In this document: positions 62,801 to 64,000 of the stretch, in pieces
Numbering within the stretch: position 1 is the first letter of the stretch
Layout: each line of letters opens with the position of its first letter
Origin: Bispira polyomma
Lineage: Eukaryota
Length of the DNA stretch: 64,000 bases
NCBI GenBank assembly: GCA_965649765.1
Contig: OZ287748.1
Location: forward strand, 76,508,001-76,572,000
Direction: 5' to 3'
Notes under the pieces: generated by a model
The model's database searches: none
Told to the model about the DNA's origin: nothing
The model's input: the letters and a program-made list of their open reading frames with translations, nothing else
Made by a program: the position numbers and the translations under genes

Positions 62801-63664
62801 ATAATTTCAAAGACAAAAATGACGAGTCACACAATCATCCAGTTTAAACATCTATAGTGCTGGCATAGTCTTACCAGTATAAAAGAATAACTATGGTGCC
62901 GGGAAGAGAAAATACCAACATCAGTATGAAGTGATCTCGTATAAAGTAAGCCAGCAGTGGTATGAGCATGTAGAATGTAGCCCAAGCCAGCATAAAACCT
63001 ATCCCAGCAAACACACGCCAAGACGGACCAACCAGTTCAATCACTAAAGAAACAGAGACATAGTCATATCCTGGGTGATGGACAATTGGAATATTGTTTT
63101 ATATAAATTTCAAGAGCAAGATGGAATGTTCAGGTATAGTTATCAACGATGCAAGGGATAAAGAGAAGGTTTAAGTATAGTTAGAATTGGTGTAAGAATA
63201 AACAATAGAAGGTTTTGGTATAGTTATAAGTGCAAGGTCCTGTTGTCAACCAATGAGGTTACATGCAGCAAGGGATTTAAAAAGTTTTGAATAAATTCTT
63301 TACCAGTGAACTGTTTGCTTGCAGTGTGCTACTAAACAATAATTAGCTCAATAATTTAACTCATAATTAACTAATATTTATTAAATATGGCAATTTAAAA
63401 TCAGTTGCCACATCCTTTTCCTATTCTCAGAGAGTAGCACATCAATAGATAAGCTCCACAATAAAGCATCATTCAGTGTAGTAACATAAACATTAACCAT
63501 CCCACTTACACATAACATATGCACTCTGGGAGGAGGCATTGCTGAATGTTGCACACAAGCCTCTGAATACGATGAAAATGTACACATTTGGTGCAAAAGC
63601 TATAGCGAAACTAGCCATAAACTGAAATAGAACTGACAGTAACAACACTGGTCTTCTACCAAAT
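50827..63664 (-). CDS. SLC22 organic cation transporter-like gene, exons 3-11 (exons 1-2 beyond window); apparently intact
   Basis: Exons 63664-63510, 63043-62875, 62670-62526, 62235-62150, 61950-61865, 60489-60361, 51929-51748, 51172-51015, 50902-50827. All GT-AG, phases compatible, no stops. Motifs FGRRP, ELVGPSWR, PESPRWL, ELYPTSIR, LPETKG. Confidence 0.9.
52506..52675 (-). mobile_element. L2/CR1 LINE 3' fragment, downstream half (FNDAFPP*, 3' UTR, tail)
   Basis: Colinear with the L2 at 39028-39200; continues at 59249. Confidence 0.85.
52886..52945 (+). promoter_or_regulatory. Putative Pol II promoter of the retrotransposon
   Basis: TTTCCCGC (E2F consensus) 52887-94, ATTGG 52899-903, TATATAAA 52909-16, Inr-like TTAGTT ~30 bp downstream. 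Confidence 0.55.
53076..54047 (+). CDS. gag: Gag-like protein of YR retrotransposon
   Basis: 323 aa; N-terminal coiled-coil-like region, central WPQ motif, C-terminal Cys/His cluster CRFFN...C...H...HACSFC...H...C. Confidence 0.85.
   Translation: MTMTRSKNKVTEDQPEEVQAGGATGGLETQLDAVLKGLAAVTARLDAQDKRLNEQEEKLVLKEVSGALPSAQSSPKAERSELPSLGLLKTDSRIQAEVDKRLRAYQHTSRLENKGNSSDKVIKSGRFRAGSHVIKCTIAWPQDFCSLPSGSTKQPTYDDLSAPQLFQGLLFSILEETNVQRKQNMLVYYTNLMQDAIELSLPTAKKAHAIVLTEIEKGKISWDQVELIDKVRARATQRLATPQTYATKQSGGTNDSSKTEICRFFNKNMCKFQADHVKDGVMYSHACSFCFKTVGRKIEHRAINCMRQKKEGSHSAGKPAQQV
53968..54645 (+). CDS. Cys-rich ORF between gag and pol (separate ORF, or frameshifted pol N-terminus)
   Basis: 225 codons from TTG (first ATG 54076); tandem ~30-aa Cys/His repeat; overlaps both gag and pol. 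Confidence 0.55.
   Translation: MSIGPLIACDKRRKVVTVQASPRNRFNIVTRPTSQIMSNNAFNRTQAINGVTVYSEVLNVNVDDYDKVICSEMNACDKNQLSVNKIEQNSISRKCSKRQYVKGKVTYINTNDHTMYSAGSKCHNVLCSCYTQPRGINNIAHVGCKQGECGMCMNVVCSCYVQPRVWDKCHVGHMQGTCKNCMYDKSTNNHEILRPNNNVLRTQCVCRNTEVSYMLYRDLTHEKHV
54629..57478 (+). CDS. pol: Pol: reverse transcriptase + RNase H with long low-complexity N-terminal extension
   Basis: RT motifs RVIIDLS, KVDLKRAF, LPFG, YIDD; RNase H motifs VDAS, HFE, CDN, NTYADILSR. Confidence 0.95.
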   Translation: MKNTCSQDNYDSTNKSNNIVHTSIDVCKHDNSSQNGNIETVVHNHNEHATASFIYDNDQVHIVSNTGVLAMCQNEYIGHTRVNMGNNDSSSQKSNIETTVGNYQEHAGASFTYNTDQVHIVSYTGVLCQNKCSEETQQQNFLMTSFNESVIMGSIQLPQTCNNTRSNYNALEYTSLTAQTTTGSIKLPQGCKNTPSDYNALVYTSFTAQTTMCTMSAHVHVQGHTAYNSSSISNKVFSQEISLLVYTSTHSNVFCTETIFNTTAFSDCTDQLDGNGFSGINMCNDTSALCTLGQDFTGNIRDTYSYDNIYSYTTRPSSAELELQTSDITKKSMEVAIISSNLTENLNMEHVNNIQKKDTGIGSTSSNRDVSVVYGFNWLQKPHHITCSEYNVLQYDNLQEWVIKAHNAVKSTNIPNYKEARLLVPSQLKIREWRALFKNYKYNIICDFIAYGFPLDMDYSSFVYNTHITNHKSASLAIEGVDTYFSTEIKYEAIVGPYKEYPFTKTHVSPIMARPKPDGSTRVIIDLSWPHGASVNDSVTKDVYMVIGYKLTYPTVDNIVKRIIQVGDNALIYKVDLKRAFRNMRIDPLDYPVLGLHWKNKQYVDIALPFGFRTGSGICQLITDSIRHLMKTQNHWLVNYIDDFIGVEDPAHAQGAYNALLTLLEKLGLPISASKLESPKNEVTCMGININVTEGKLTIPQEKIMQVKQMCQQWAYKSTATKNQLQKLTGKLLYIHRCVKPARLFVNRILQTLRAAPAKGTINLTTEFHRDINWFNSFLDIFNGSVEIHRESSRVTDNIFVDASLFAVGAKFNQEVYMLNIPQHFHNYLTIVHFEMANIVLALRNWASSLSKRWVTIWCDNLAVVNVLNFHRIKDPFLMASARTVWLIMASYDINITFKHIKGEDNTYADILSRWPNYNMNTNNSYVRVLYQCQWCKPQEKWLEPNWLI
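57767..58756 (+). CDS. Tyrosine recombinase (phage-integrase family)
   Basis: Catalytic R (FFRLAS), K (HAKN), HxxR (FHAFRR), HGNW and Y (IWAYL). No upstream ATG; likely entered by splicing at 57780. Confidence 0.93.
   Translation: MSIVENHLLDVLVSSADRRIASALRPSTSSAYAARFRQFVAFLVALNIDTPHHELAILSYMEFLCRNGLRASSLNNVLAVLNHYFSLYQWPNGGLKTKKVQLLVRSVRANAPLLMKIKGVISVEMLKRIVNKVKTLENAPVFHALFMVAFFGFFRLASLVSPVMSSYNKSRLPVVADVIFGFPGLHLISKHAKNMQRSGAYHVVQLPELPGSELCPVMAIRNMFKFLKIAKSQPLFQIFVNKKLVILSATKVRKVFKTFIVDLGLQPSEFGFHAFRRSGASLAFNNSMPLDKLQVHGNWRSDAIWAYLNSTPKAASAVPQAFKQILLQH
59249..59412 (-). mobile_element. L2/CR1 LINE 3' fragment, upstream half
   Basis: Encodes KVHKSKVHFDKCFASDAPTLWNSLPQHIRTAPSLYSFRRSLKTYL, joining FNDAFPP* at 52675. 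Confidence 0.88.
59755..59938. repeat. Perfect 92-bp tandem duplication spanning the Harbinger right TIR and host flank
   Basis: 59755-59846 is identical to 59847-59938. Confidence 0.95.
60655..61262. mobile_element. Harbinger-like MITE in SLC22 intron 7
   Basis: TIR core TGGTCACACCT / AGGTGTGACCA; CpG-rich interior; absent from the paralogous intron of copy 1. Confidence 0.7.
61395..61709 (+). mobile_element. tRNA-derived SINE with Nin/Deu-like central domain and L2-like tail
   Basis: A box TGGTCTAGTGG, B box GGTTCAAGTCC; TCGGATGA...GGTCC...ATTAAAGATCC core (resemblance recalled from memory); GCGCTATAAGAAATG plus TTTCA-repeat tail; absent from copy 1. Confidence 0.85.
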
Positions 63665-64000
63665 CTGAAACAGAAACAGAGAAGTATTGCTATATATTCA
63701 TTAACCTATGCTTTGCATTTGTTCCTTTCTACTAATTCCCATATTTTTTTTCTTTTGAACATATAGAGAAACAGTGCAGTAAACAACTTGAAAAACGGAT
63801 ATTTATTTCCAGAGTCTTTGAATGATTTTGTGACTAAACCATTGTTTCTACATGGCTAGCTTATCATTTCTTAATTTTTAATGAGCTCCCTTCTTTGAAT
63901 CTTAAATAAAATTATACTATCTCTTATAATAGCATTAGAGTTTGTTTGCTGTCTTCAATAAGCTGTTCATTTCTCATTGGGGCTGTTTCATGTTTGAGTA

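Overview
AT-rich, intron-rich animal genomic DNA; a lophotrochozoan-like invertebrate is my inference from gene and TE types. Host genes: (1) the last three coding exons of a neuromedin-U/pyrokinin/CAPA (PRXamide)-type GPCR on + (17670-27283; TM1-TM2 exons not found in the window). (2) Two tandemly duplicated SLC22 organic-cation-transporter genes on -: a multiply disabled pseudogene (29771-36299) and an apparently intact copy (exons 3-11 at 50827-63664, exons 1-2 beyond the window). Two mobile-element structures stand out. (a) A 9.0-kb Polinton/Maverick-derived element (38007-47038) with AGTAGT...ACTACT termini, ~200-bp TIRs and a perfect 6-bp TSD (TGTATG). It keeps a decayed C2H2-zinc-finger/packaging-ATPase fusion gene and small duplicated ORF relics, but no pPolB, integrase, protease or capsid gene that I can recognise. 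(b) A nested stack in intron 8 of the intact SLC22 copy: a PIF/Harbinger-type element (TTA TSD) contains an L2/CR1 3' fragment, which is split by a 6.6-kb Ngaro-like tyrosine-recombinase retrotransposon (gag, a Cys-rich ORF, RT/RNaseH, YR). That element lacks terminal repeats, and its ATG-less YR looks expressed as a spliced gag-YR fusion. The rest is SINEs, Helentron-like and MITE relics, LINE fragments, a probable solo LTR and satellites. All calls are by eye; no database search was run.
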